A stretch of 64,000 nucleotides of DNA from assembly GCA_951406725.2 (NCBI GenBank), contig OX597814.1:31372001-31436000 (forward strand). Direction: 5' to 3'. The notes under the pieces were generated by a model, which did no database searches, was not told the DNA's origin, and saw only the letters and a list, made by a program, of their open reading frames with translations. A program made the translations under genes and the position numbers. This DNA comes from Octopus vulgaris. Its lineage: Eukaryota. Of this stretch, positions 12,440-24,997 are shown one piece after another (positions within the stretch are counted from its first letter, which is position 1; each line of letters opens with the position of its first letter).

Positions 12440-13740
12440 ACAGTTGTTATTTCTTTGTATTCATTATTGGCTGTGTACATCCCAGCACATTGATTTGGCT
12501 AATGAGACTATTGTTGGTACATATATTTCTGCTTGTATATTTTCTTCTCTTTTCGTGTGTACTGAGTTGTAAATATCGGGATTTTAAGAGTGTGTTGCAG
12601 AAGTGTTCACTGGTGTTGTAGATGTGTCTGGCCGATATTTTATATACTCAAAGGGGCTGTGAAGGGCTCAAGTTTATAGCAGCAAGTAATTTTCAAAACC
12701 ACTTTCTGTACTTTTGATTCGATTTCAGGGTGGCTGATATGTGTTGCCTTTGTGTAAATTGGAATAATATCATGAGGCCTTTGCAATCTTTTGTGTTTGG
12801 CGGAGCAGTGAATGAGCGTCCAAACGTGGCAGATATAATATTTAACGAATCTGAAAATTTTATTTTGTACACAGTTGTTGTTTCTTTCCATTAGTTATGT
12901 ACTTCCGTATGTCTCTGCTGTCATATGTTTCTGCCTTGTTTGGCTTTATTTTTATTGCATGCGTGTTGTGAACGTAATGAAAAAATTACAAGTAACTCCT
13001 AGTACATTTGTCTTCTGTGTGCTGTTCAGTTTGATGGCTTGGTGTATTTAGTACTATGGAGTGCTACTAACAAGGCAGTAAATACGGTCGGTGCCACGTC
13101 GTATCCTTAAGCCCAGATTTCTTGGTGATTTTTTACTGAGTTGAAATAGTTGTATAGCTAAGTATGGAGAATAGTGGGAAGACGTAGCTGTGATTTCATC
13201 TGTGCCCGAGACTGTGTGTGTCTATTAAGGAATATTGGGGAAAGTCGTGTAGACATGGGTTATAAAGATTTCAAGAGAGGACAGACGCATCTGCTACCCA
13301 CTTTTAAACGATAGCAAATTCAGGGTGTTATAGTTTTATAGAGTATAGGCCATGCAATTTACATGTCAGGTTTTTGTGCTGTTTTTTGAAGGAGGTATTG
13401 ATAATAACGGTCAATGGAAACGAAAGTGTTTTTATGTCGTAGGTAGTTAAAATAGTACGTGCAACAATTTCTGGTTACAGATGCCCTCATGTATTATCAG
13501 CAGTGTAGCTGTTCTGTGGAATAGTATAAACGAGTGTTGTCACGTGGAGCAGGAGAATTTGTTGCTTTGTGACATCAATGATAACACATTGAAGAGATGC
13601 ATTAGAGATTCTGTATACGCCTGACCAGTTTTCAGATGTTTTCACTCCTTGAATATGTCTTACTTGCTTCTACATGATGCAATTTATGCGGTATCCATCT
13701 AATCAGTAAGGAATTGAAATAGGGCATCAGCAATGGCACT
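12440..13740 (-). mobile_element. Very old LINE RT remnant (tentative)
   Basis: Only faint motifs such as PMSTRLSPIFLN (about 13230-13260), resembling PQGS.LSP.LFN. Confidence 0.3.
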
Positions 13741-13777
13741 TACTCCAGACCCCACTTAATATTAAAAATGCAAAAAT

Positions 13778-13996
13778 GGCGGCGAACTGGTAGAAACGTT
13801 AGCACGCCGGAAGAAATGCTTAGCAGTAATTCGTCTGTCTTTACGTTCTGAGTTCAAATTCTGCCGAGGTCGACTTTGTTTGTCATACTTTCGGGGGTCA
13901 ATACATTAATTACCAGTTTCGTACTGGATTCGATCTAATCGACTTCTCCCTTCCCCAAAATTTTGGGCCTTGTGCCTAGAGTAGAAAAGAATATTA
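13778..13996 (+). mobile_element. SINE family F (tRNA head plus Meta/Sauria-like domain)
   Basis: GGCGGCGAACTGGTAGAAACGTTAGCAC head, GAGTTCAAATTC B box, GAGGTCGACTTTG..T.TCAT.CTTTCGGGG; imperfect TSD ATTAAAAA..CAAAAAT. Confidence 0.85.
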
Positions 13997-14339
13997 AAAA
14001 ACAAAAATTTTCCACGAATATTTATTTGGAAAACAACTTGTCGCATGATTTCGTTGTTTTTTTTAGTGTAGTGTTTCTAGCTGCTTGCAATCGTTCAGGT
14101 GCCAAAGTGATAAATCAAAAGGTGAATAACAAATGAACAAACTCAGCTACATGTAATCTTTTTCTCGTTTGTACATCCGAACATAGATTATGGTACATAT
14201 GTAAGGGGCGGATGTATGGAAGCATAAATGTGTGTATGCTTCATACATGAATATACGTGTGTGTGTGTGAATATATATATACATACACACAATATATATA
14301 TATATACATACACACACACACACACACATATATATATAC

Positions 14340-14380
<41 letters not shown>

Positions 14381-14685
14381 TGTACACACACACCAGCATA
14401 TATGTATACATTTACATATATATATATCTATATATGTGTATATGTGTATATAGTAATGATTTTACAAGTTGTTTCCATCAAAACTATAATAGCTGTACAT
14501 GACACAATAACTATGTATTATATTTTAGCAACACCTGTTGATATTTTGTATAATGAGGAGAAGTTGTGTTCTAAATAATCTGCTTCCTTTTAAAACATGG
14601 TTGTCCAATTTTTTCGTTAATGCTACCTTGTTTCACAAATGTCCACTGAATTTTAATGTGATTCAAGTTAAAATAATTGTGTAGG

Positions 14686-14722
<37 letters not shown>

Positions 14723-14724
<2 letters not shown>

Positions 14725-14884
14725 CGCAGGAGTGGCTGTGTGGTAAGTAGCTTGCTAACCAACCACATGATTCCGGGTTCAGTCCCACTGCGTGGCATCT
14801 TGGGCAAGTGTCTTCTGCTATAGCCCCGGGCCGACCAATGTCTTGTGAGTGGATTTGCCAGACGGAAACTGAAAGAAGCCTGTC

Positions 14885-14939
<55 letters not shown>

Positions 14940-15186
14940 TATATATATGTATATATATATACATATGTGTGTGTGTGTGTTTGTGTGTCTGTGTTTGTCC
15001 CCCTAGCATTGCTTGACAACCGATGCTGGTGTATTTACGTCCCCGTCACTTAGCGGTTCGGCAAAAGATACCGATGAATAAGTACTGGGCTTAAAAGAAT
15101 AAGTCCCGGGGTCGATTTGCTCGTCTAAAGGCGGTGCTCCAGCATGGCCGCAGTCAAATGACTGAAACAAGTAAAAGAGTAAAAGA
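14723..15186 (+). mobile_element. SINE family A, near-consensus copy
   Basis: Full head, CORE-like region, internal (TA)n(TG)n, tail GGCGGTGCTCCAGCATGGCCGCAGTCAAATGACTGAAAC and GTAAAAGA repeats; inserted in (TA)n. Confidence 0.93.
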
Positions 15187-15209
15187 TATATATATATATA
15201 TATTTATCA

Positions 15210-15281
<72 letters not shown>

Positions 15282-15540
15282 ATAAATGTGTATGTATATT
15301 GTGGCTCTGCAGATGTATACGTAATGTAGAGGTAAATTTTGAATCTACGCTTTTCAAATTTTATTTAATGAGTAAAAAAGTCAAAAACCAAAAACAGAAA
15401 ACATCACAATAATGGAACCTAAATAAATACAGACTAGAAGAGGCTTCTAGAATAAATTTATTAGGTTGCAATATTAACATTTAAAATAAATTTTATAGGG
15501 GAGTAGTAGTACAAATTGGGCGTAGGAAGTAGAATGAAAT

Positions 15541-15691
15541 ACATTAATCCCTCGCCATATTGCGGTTCACCTACCGCATTTCACCAATCGCGGTTTCTCA
15601 TTAAAGCTTACGTTGATTTCTCCGTGGTGTTGCTTTGCATTTATAATAAAATAAATATATACAAACTATAATACTGATAATAATAATGATG

Positions 15692-15745
<54 letters not shown>

Positions 15746-16277
15746 GGCACAGGAGTGGTTGTGTGGTAAGTAGCTTGCTTACCAACCACATGGTTCCGGG
15801 TTCTGTCCCACTGCGTAGCACCTTGGGCAAGTGTCTTCTACTATAGCCTCGGGCCGACCAAAGGCTTGTGATTGGATTTGGTAGACGGAAACTGAAAGAA
15901 GCCCGTCGTATATATGTATATAGCTATATATGTATGCATGTGTGTATATGTATGTGTATCTGTGCCTGTCCCCCAACATCGCATGAAACCGATGCTGGTG
16001 TGTTTACGTACCCGTAACTTAGCGGTTCGGCAAAAGAGACCAATAGATGAAGTACTAGGCTTCCAGAGAATAAGTCCTGGGGTCGATTTGCTCGTCTAAA
16101 CGCAGTGCTCCAATATGGCCGCAGTCAAATGACTGAAACAGGTAAAAGAGTAAAAGTGAATACAGTACAGTATTGTTTCTACTTCGCGGATTTTCATCTA
16201 TCGCGGTAGGTATTGGAACTAACAACAAACTAAAAATAAACCTGCCTCGAAATAGGGAGCGATAAACAAGTGAGGTA
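15541..16277. mobile_element. Tigger/pogo-like MITE carrying a nested SINE
   Basis: Left end TACATTAATCCCTCGCCATATTGCGGTTCACC; right part CTTCGCGGATTTTCATCTATCGCGG...GCGATAAAC; both resemble Tigger-type MITE termini. Confidence 0.5.
15746..16156 (+). mobile_element. SINE family A
   Basis: Full-length match to the 14723 copy; inserted after (AAT)n. Confidence 0.92.
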
Positions 16278-16494
16278 AAGCGTGTAGCGGTTTTAAATGT
16301 TCCGAGAGAAGAGCACAATTATACAGAAGTGATAAAATGGCGGAATCATAGTTGTGGATTAAACAACCTAACTCTACATTCTACTGCCCTACTGGTAGAT
16401 ATATTATCGCAGGGATTTTATACCTACACACCCACACATACACGTATAATCATGTCTATAAGATATGTTATATGTATGAAAACCATCTAAGGGA

Positions 16495-17528
16495 TAGGAA
16501 TTACAACCGTGTTTCGTGGTCTGCTACCACAACAGCTCATTTATAGGATCCAGTTAGCTCAAGACATCATCAGGAGGAACCACGACCGGTTTCGGCCCCT
16601 ACTCCTCTACCGTTTCGACGTGGTGGGGCCCCCTTCTTTCGGAGGTGTCTTCAGCTCTGGTGTTGGGTGCATGTCTTCTTTCTTCTGTTCCCTGGCCTCT
16701 TCGATGTATCATCAGCGAGTGTCAGCCGGTGACTGACTGACTTGTTAAATTTTTAGCTTTACATACCTGCCGCTAGGCTCCAGCAGTCCTCCCCAGCAAG
16801 TTGTCACTGACACTGTCTCACCTTAACTGACTAGTGAAGGCGCGTAGTTTTAGTCAGCGAAGTTGATTCAGTGTCAGCTTGTCTCACCTAGTGATGTTAT
16901 TTTCCGCCGGCATGTTATGACTTTCAAGACATTTTCGGTCTTCCCGCTTCAGCCATATATAGAAGCTGGCTTTTTCGACCGCCTCCTGTATTCTCCATAT
17001 TAGTTTTCGCAGCTCGGAGCTAGAAAAAACAAATCTTCTTTTAAAAAGAGTTATCATTTTCCTTTCAATGAAGCCTCTAGCCTCCACTGCCAGGTGATAA
17101 TATTCGACATTCCATCCCTGTTCTCTGCATTCTTCGATTAGCTTTTCGTACGTCTTCTCCTTCCGTTCCTCTGCATTGCCGATGTTCTCTTCCCAAGGTA
17201 CTGTCATTTCTAGTAAAATTCCTATTCTCCGGTCTCTGTTCCATAGGACTAAATCCGGTCTTTTTGTTATTTTTATTAGTGGAAATATTACTTGTCTTTC
17301 CAAGTCCGTGGCCACCTCCCAGTATCCCTTCCATCTTTCGTCTGCCTCGTATACTTTACTTGTAGGCCTGGTTTTATTTCCTTTTCCCTCTTTGTGGAAG
17401 TATACTTTCCTGCGATTTTCTACTTTTGGGTACTCTCCCCTATTGTACCTCTCAATCTTCACCTTGAGTGCTGCGCTTATGACGCCGAGGACTTGATTAT
17501 GCCGCCATGTATATCTCTCTAGTGCCAT
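16495..17528 (-). mobile_element. 5'-truncated RLE-type non-LTR retrotransposon (HERO/NeSL-like) with 3' UTR
   Basis: ORF 16884-17528 has RYTWRHNQVL, RPDLVLW, EMTVPWEEN, K...YE.L and VEARG (PD-(D/E)xK restriction-like endonuclease); structured 3' UTR; the left boundary is approximate. Confidence 0.85.
16884..17528 (-). pseudogene. Restriction-like endonuclease domain of the retrotransposon ORF (open frame, 5'-truncated)
   Basis: 214-aa uninterrupted frame with the motifs above; no RT domain. Confidence 0.8.
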
Positions 17529-17610
17529 GTATATCTTTCTATGTATATCTTTCCAGGAGTGCCTCTGGATGTATCCAGAGGCAATCCTGGTAATTTCCTC
17601 GGTATGTATG

Positions 17611-17782
17611 GTTCAGTGAATTCGTTGTATGATAGAGGAGAAGAGAGTTAGTTGAATCTAAGACCTCGGAATTAGTTAATAACTAATACATAATTAGTTA
17701 ATAACTAATAGTTAATAACTAATTACGAGGCCTTAGATTCAACTAACTCTCTCTCATCTATCATACAACGGATTCACTGAAC
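17611..17782. repeat. Fold-back inverted repeat (about 170 bp)
   Basis: GTTCAGTGAATTCGTTGTATGATAGA...CCTCGGAATTAGTTA is mirrored by TAACTAATTACGAGG...TCTATCATACAACGGATTCACTGAAC; the centre is repeated TAGTTAATAACTA. Confidence 0.9.
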
Positions 17783-17894
17783 TTTGAACCTAACTAAAAT
17801 GTAAGACTATCAAATTATTGAACATTTTCTTCTCTGTGTTTTTTTCCTTACACTTTCTTTCTATCTATTCCCTTTTGTTTATTTTTGGTCTCTT

Positions 17895-17975
17895 CGTTCT
17901 GATGATGTATATCAACTGCAACGAGGTAAATACATATTTGCCCCAGCCTGATAAACGACGGAAACAGCTGTAAAC
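17895..17975 (+). ncRNA. Hammerhead ribozyme motif with extended stem II (Penelope pseudo-LTR type)
   Basis: GTT-CTGATGA-[TATCA..GGTAAAT..ATTTGCC..TGATA]-GAAAC AGCTGT A-AAC: intact core, palindromic ACAGCTGT stem III, GUA triplet, short stem I. Confidence 0.6.
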
Positions 17976-18123
17976 TTACTCTAACATGCTCCCATCTTAC
18001 TTAATTAATTAAATAATGGCTTTATAACACCAAAGATACACTTCTCATTGTTATTTATTTGTCCATTTTCTTATCATCTATAATCTTGTCTATATACATA
18101 TATCTATACATGTATGTGCATTT

Positions 18124-18154
<31 letters not shown>

Positions 18155-18193
18155 TATACACACACACACAAGCACACACTTATTCTTGTCCAT

Positions 18194-18267
<74 letters not shown>

Positions 18268-18299
18268 TGTGTGTGTATGAATGTATGTATGTATGCATT

Positions 18300-18410
18300 T
18301 ATATATGTCATTATTCAGTTTATTTCAAGATTTCTTGCCAATAGAGAAAGAACAAGTTTCTAATCTAGATCCAAGGCGCCTTTCATTGGAATTTTAACAT
18401 CAACAACAAG
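18300..18410 (-). mobile_element. 3' end of a (TACA)n-associated R4/Dong-like LINE
   Basis: Reverse complement of the 3' UTR seen at 52860-52972 and 55210-55290. Confidence 0.7.
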
Positions 18411-18522
18411 ATAGATAGAGAGATAGAGAGATATTGCTTATTCCTCTCTTTCTGCTTCACCTTATCTTTGATTTTTCTAGTAACTATCCCCTTTTCCACT
18501 CATCAATCCACATACAAATATT

Positions 18523-18736
18523 CTTTTCTACTCTAGGCAGAAGGCCCGAAATTTTGGTGGAGGGACAAGTCTCTTAGATATACCACAGTACGCAACTGGT
18601 ACTTGAGTTATCGACTCCGAAAGATGAAATGCAAAGTCGACCTCGGCGGAATTTGAACTCAGAACGTAAAGACAGCCGAAATACTGTTAAGCATTTCACC
18701 CGGCGTGCTAACGTTTCTGCCAGCTCGCCACCTTCG
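18523..18736 (-). mobile_element. SINE family F
   Basis: Full-length reverse match to the 13778 copy; TSD AC(A/G)TACAAATATT at 18510-18522 and 18737-18749. Confidence 0.88.
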
Positions 18737-19359
18737 ACGTACAAATATTAAACCTGAAAATCTGTCACATCGCCTTCACCAATCGAATGCTCAACTCCTT
18801 AACTTATTAAACAATATAACTTAGTGTTCTGTCGATGATATTGATATTCATTCATTTCTGACTGTTACTGGGATGAACTAAATACATTACTAGATGCTTT
18901 GCATTATTTACTTCAGTTCCTCACTGCTTCGTTTTTAATCTAACTCGGCTTACAAACCTCCGATTTCATCCCTTGGAGGGTCAATAACTTTTAACGTGAA
19001 TGATAAATAATGGGTTCGATTCAATCAAATGTACTGAATTTCACTATAAAAATTTGACATGAGACGCATGAAAAGAAATCTATTTGATTGTTTTTGTTAT
19101 TGCTCTTTTTATTGTTGTTATGCAGAAAATTTCAATGGATAGAGTAGAAAAAAAAATGATCTAGATTTCAATGCAAAGAAAAACGCAAAAGATGCAGACT
19201 TTTCCCGAATACAGTATTGTTATTTTTCATTTAGTTTAAAGGATCGTTTCCCATTGTTTAAGCAAGATTTATATACAAAAGATAGCTGGTGAGAGAATAT
19301 TTAAAAAATTGTAGTAAAGGAAAATAATAAAATGAAATAGGAATTACAACCAAAAGATA

Positions 19360-20405
19360 AAAAAAAAATAATAATAATAATAAAGATATATTAGCGAAAG
19401 GCACAAAGAACTGTAAAAAACAAAATACGGATTAGCCGACTCTGGAAACAATGTTAAACAAGAAATAATGCGAGAAGAAATTATCTCGCACAATAATAAT
19501 AATAATAATAATAATAACAACCACAAAAACAACTGTTAATAATAACACGAATAAAACAATGGTAGAGAACTTCACAATGATATCTCAACTACAGTCAATA
19601 AGAAACATCAACAGAATCAACAACGGTAATGAGAGTCAACAACATGAATAATAACTTTCATAATAATAATGACGACGACGATGATGATGATGATATGGTG
19701 TTCGTCGTGGTGGTAGTGGTGGCAGTTGTGGTGGCTGACTGACTTTAAGAGAACGTCGCAGTCGATGAAGAAAACAGTACACATTGTTTGTAAGAGAATG
19801 AGAATGAGTACAATGTTTTAGGAGAACTGGGACTTTGATTATGTATAAGTGCGTATGTAGGGATATATATATATATATGTGTGGGGGGTGTGCTATGTGT
19901 GTGTGTGTGTATGAATATGTGTGTGTGTGTGTTTCTGCACATACGATGAAATTGTGTTGTGGTGTAAGGGTGAAGTGGGTCGACGAAAGAAATAATAGCA
20001 ACATCAATGAATGAATGAAGCGAAACAAAGACGTGGAAATTACCTATGAATGAAAGAGGAGAGGAAAGAAAAGGAGAAACATCAATGGAAGAATGAATGA
20101 ATGTCTGGTGGTGTTGGTTTGAAAAAAAAAAAACAGAAACAGAAGCTGGAAAAAGGACGAAGTAGATGGAGATGCGAAAGTGTAAGTGAAAGAGAAATGA
20201 GAACATTCTGGAGAGAGCAAGAAGATTGTGCATGATGAAAAAACCCGAAATAATGGGACGGAAGAGCGATCTTGTATGGATATTAGAAGAATGCGGGAAG
20301 ATGATACTGCAGGAGAAAGAGGGGAAGGAAGAGAAAGAGAAGGAGAAGAGAAAGGAGAAGTGGAAGAAAAGGAAGTAGTAGTAGTTGTAGTAGTAGTAGT
20401 AGTGA

Positions 20406-20453
<48 letters not shown>

Positions 20454-20696
20454 AAGAAGAAGAAGAAGAAGAAGAAGAAGGGGAAGAAGAAGTTGAAGAA
20501 AGAGATGAGTAGAAGGAGAAGAAGAAGTAGAAGAAGAAGAAAAAGAAGAAGTTGAAAAAGAGAAGTAGAAGAAGTAGAAGAAGTTGAAGAAAAAGAAGAA
20601 GAAGAAGTTGAAAAAGAGAAGAAGAAGAAGAAAGAGAAGAAGAAGAAAATGAAGAAGAAGAAGGCGAAGTTGAAGAAAGAGAAGAAGAAGAAGAAG

Positions 20697-20727
<31 letters not shown>

Positions 20728-21983
20728 CCCGCTGCTGATCATAATACTGGGAATGGTCAAAATGGAGATGATGATAATGATGTATAGGTGATAATGATGA
20801 CGATGACGACGATTATGATAGTTACAATGATGATGTTAATGATGTTGATGAAGAGGGTAGGGAAGGCGTTAGTGGTCGTGGTTGAGATGATGATGGCGGG
20901 GATGATGCTGGTGGAAATAATGTATAAACGTGACGATAACGAAAATGACAACCACCGCGACGGCAAGAAGGTGGTGATGGTGGCCGTGTCGTTGATGGTG
21001 GCGTATTGGTAGTTGGGGGTGTCACCGCCATATTGCTGCTGCGGTGGAATTATAACAACAAAAGGAGATATGAAATTGACTTTAAAAACAAACCCAAACA
21101 GAGCAATACCAGACCCTCCTCTCTCTCTCTCTCTTCTTCTTCTTCTTCTTCTTCTTCTTCTTCTTCTTCTTCTTCTTCTTCTTCTTCTCCTCCTCCTTCA
21201 TTTTATTTTCTTCTCCTCCTCCCGGGGTATCTAATTTCTTTTTATATTTGTTTAATTTTATTTGAAGTATTTGATTTTTGTTTTTGTTTTGCGTCAATTA
21301 TCAACAAAATTGTTAATTAGATCATTGATGGAAGACTTTTGTTTAAAACACGAAAAGGCCGACGGGCCGTGCTTGCTTTAGTGTAATGTAGTGCGCGGCA
21401 ACTGATAATTATTTCAAAACTTTACTGATGCACCGAAGTAATATGGGGAAACACCATATCAGAAAGAGAAAGTACAGCGTACACACAAAGACAAATGGAG
21501 ATAGAGAGAGATATAAGGGGACAGTAATAGGAAAGGAAGGAGAAAGGCAGAGAATACAGCAAGAGAAGGAGAGAGCGAGAGAGAGAGAGAGAGAGCGAGG
21601 AGTTGAAGAGGGTAAGTTGGGGGTCAGGAATCTGTATTCATATCCACAAATATCTCAGATTGACACCAAAGCTGTTTGTTATCATTACTTGGCAATTGTT
21701 ATCGAACGATTTTAGCCTGTCATGGTTGTTAACATTTTGTGATATCTCTCCTGCCTTTTGTTTATTTCGCTTGCTTGTATTTCATTTGACTGGTGCTAGA
21801 GATTTTTTTTTCTCTTCCGCTGTTGTTGTTGTTGTTGGTATTATCCTTGTTGTTGTTGTTGTTATTATTATTAGTAGTAGTATTTACAAAAATATCATTT
21901 TAGGGCAAGGAAAACAACAGAAAAGTGAACAGAGACGATGAAAAAAAAAAAGAAGCAGAAGTACAAGTGAAAAGTACGTAGGA

Positions 21984-22051
<68 letters not shown>

Positions 22052-22772
22052 TAATAATAATAATAATAATGATAATAATAATGATAATAATAATAATAAT
22101 AATTGTTGTTGTCGTTCTTTTTCTTCTTCCTTATATTCATTTTCTCCTTCTTCCTCTTTTTCTTTTTCTTCACGTTTCTCTTATTATTATATTAATGTTT
22201 ATGATAATGATGGTGATAGTGGCAGTGATTTTAGTAGAGTTAAGTGATGGGGGTAGTGTTGATGCTGGTGGTAGTAGTATTTTCGTAGCAGTGGAGGTAA
22301 TGGTGAAGGGGAAAGAAGGAAAGACGAGAAAACAAAGACATAGTAAAGATTCTAAGAAAGCAAGGAATAGAAGAAAAAACAAATAAACAAAGAAACGAAG
22401 AAGAAATATATAAAAATGTCCAAAAAAATGTAAGGAACATGTAAAATAAACAAATAAAAGGTTGAAAGGATGAGGAATAATAAAAACTACAACAGAATCA
22501 ACCACAACATCAATAATAAAAAATATATCTAAATAAAACAATAGTAAACAATCCAGAACAACATTAAAAGGAGAAAAAATAATAAATAACAGTAAAAGAT
22601 TGAAATAATTAGAATTAAATACAAATTGAAAACAATAGCTAGTTATTGGATAAAGCAAAGTAACAAATGAGATTGAATAAAAGGGATAAAAATTTAGAAT
22701 AAGAGGAAGAATGATTTTGTAAAAAGAAATGAAAAAAAAAATGAAGAAAAAACACGGGTGTTTAAAAAAAGC

Positions 22773-22812
<40 letters not shown>

Positions 22813-23079
22813 TAATAATAATAAAGAATACATAATAATAATAAAGAATACATAATAATGATAATAAAGAACACTACAAAGCAAAGGAAAACAGCCCAAA
22901 TGTCTTTAGAAACAACTATGGAACTGAAGTGAGTAAAGTCAAAAACTGCTTTGTTTGAAACGTAACACCGGTTTCCACAAGCGTCACCCCTGCTAACAAA
23001 CGGTAATAAACGCATAACAACAATACACGGAACATTCATTGTTTATTTTGTTCTTGTCAAAAAGAATTTAAAAGAAATT

Positions 23080-23119
<40 letters not shown>

Positions 23120-23156
23120 CCATCACCATCACCATCATCATCATCATCATCATTAA

Positions 23157-23237
<81 letters not shown>
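19360..23237. repeat. Dense cluster of trinucleotide microsatellites (AAT, GAT, GTA, GAA, CTT, GTT, CAT)
   Basis: Directly visible; no recognisable TE in about 4 kb. Confidence 0.9.
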
Positions 23238-23238
<1 letters not shown>

Positions 23239-23568
23239 TTCTCTAAAAGAAATGGAAAAACTTTCAAAATACAAAGACCTGGAAATAGAGGTAACCAGAA
23301 TGTGGAATCTGAAAACAGAAACAATTCCTATCATAGAAGGTGCATTAGGCATGATAAAAAAATATTCAGACAAATACATAACAAAAACACTAGGACTTAC
23401 AAACACATAACATACAGAAAATTGCACTACTAAGCAATGCACACATCCTACGCAGAGCACTTTCCATACAATAACCATCAGAGCATCACAACAAATCACA
23501 GCACATACCCAAGGCACACAGAGCTGTTCTCGGTAGTGAAGTGAAAGCACGATATGAAAATAAAACTA

Positions 23569-23571
<3 letters not shown>
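23238..23571 (+). mobile_element. 5'-truncated R4/Dong-like retrotransposon inserted in (TAA)n
   Basis: SLKEMEKLSKYKDLEIEVTRMWNLKTETIPIIEGALG...IQKIALL..AHILRR* plus a short 3' UTR; (TAA)n on both sides, consistent with the known TAA-repeat targeting of Dong. Confidence 0.85.
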
Positions 23572-23664
<93 letters not shown>

Positions 23665-23689
23665 AAGAAGAAGAAAAAGAAGAAGAAGA

Positions 23690-24997
23690 AACGACCAAAG
23701 AATGAAGGCTCATCACCAAAATATGTTATTCAGAGTAGATAAGAAGATATTCTATAAAGAAATAAATGGAGGGTGTATAGATGAAAAGTTGATATTAGAT
23801 AACATTGAATGTCAAAGATTTGGAGTGACATCTAGAGCAAAGTCAAGGATACTGAATGGTTGCAAGAACTGAAACAAACAGTACTTTGCCCCAAATAGGC
23901 TGAATTAGTCATTTCAGTTAAGGCAGTGAACGAAATCAGTAAAAAAAAATGAGCAACAGTAAGGCCTTGGGATCAAAAGATTTGGCGAATGTCATGTATG
24001 AATAGTTACGCAACTCAAAACCTTGTTAAATGCCGACCAAGTAACACCAGAGTGGTTGACTCTGGGTAAGACAGTGCTGTGCTTGAAAGAAATCGAGAAA
24101 GGCAATACGGTAGACAATTACAGGACGATATCCTGTTTACCATTTATGTGGAAATTATTGACAGGAATAGTCGTACAGTCAATGTATGGACATCTAGAGA
24201 AAAATGGAGTCCTGCCACATGTGCAGAAGGGTTGCAAACGTAAGTGAAGAGGTACCAAGGATCAACTCCTGATAGACAAAACGGTACTTAGAGACTGCAA
24301 AAGGAGGAAAAGTAAATTAGCCTTGTCATGGATCGACTGTCGTAAGACGAACGATATGATCTCACATTCTTGGATAATGGAATGTATGAACCTATTTGGT
24401 ATTGCATCGAATATTGACCGAATGCTTGGAAAAAGTATGGCGAATTGGAGAACGGACCTGACAGTATACGGAAGAAGTTTAGGGACAGTAGAAATCAGGA
24501 GGGGCATCTTCCAAGGGTTAGGGTTAGAGTTAGGGATAGTACTGTGCTTGATACCATTAACACTGATTCTGAGGACAACAAAAGCTGGGTATGTATTCAA
24601 AAACCGCCAACAAAAAGTCAACCATTTGTTATTCGTGGATGACCTAAAACTTTATGGCAAAGATGAAGCCCAGGTCAGTTCCCTCGTTGATACGGTGTAT
24701 AGTTTCAGTGCTGATATCAGAATGGAGTTCAGACTGTGTGTTAGACAGTCGATGAAAAAGGTAGCAGTAGTACCAACAATTGTCGGAGCCATGGGAACTG
24801 TGAGCAAAAATCGCGAGAAGCACGTGGAACAAATTGTGGCTGCAATAAGAGTGGAGCACTTGCAGAAAACAGCACTGCTTGGAACCGCTCGAATACTGCG
24901 GAAGGTGCTCGAAAAATAAGGGGTGTTACCTCAGTTCACTGGTAGTGAACAGTTGACACTGCAGTACATCTCCAGCGTTTGAAGCTGTGCAAAGGCA
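23690..24997 (+). mobile_element. Internally deleted R4/Dong-like retrotransposon (RT plus extreme C-terminus)
   Basis: NYRTISCLPFMWKLLT, QKGC, KDQLLIDK, WID, RGIFQG, NHLLFVDDLKLY, then a jump at about 24735 to VVPTIVGAMGTV...LQKTALLGTARILRKVLE*; (AAC)n tail. Confidence 0.9.
24514..24539 (+). repeat. Short interstitial telomere-like repeat
   Basis: AGGG TTAGGG TTAGAG TTAGGG ATAG directly after the GIFQG codons. Confidence 0.65.

Noticed and set aside
14571-15053. Recurrent ORFs such as [25 protein letters not shown] and [22 protein letters not shown], resembling a peptide gene family
   Set aside because: They are antisense translations of SINE family A copies.
20044-20760. 238-aa Ser/Thr-rich mucin-like ORF
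   Set aside because: It is built from pure (TTC)n and (CTA)n tracts, with frame-shifting poly-L and poly-F segments.
22170-23039. 289-aa hydrophobic ORF resembling a membrane protein
   Set aside because: It is a T-rich strand of degenerate (TAT)/(TTC) repeats with no domain motif.
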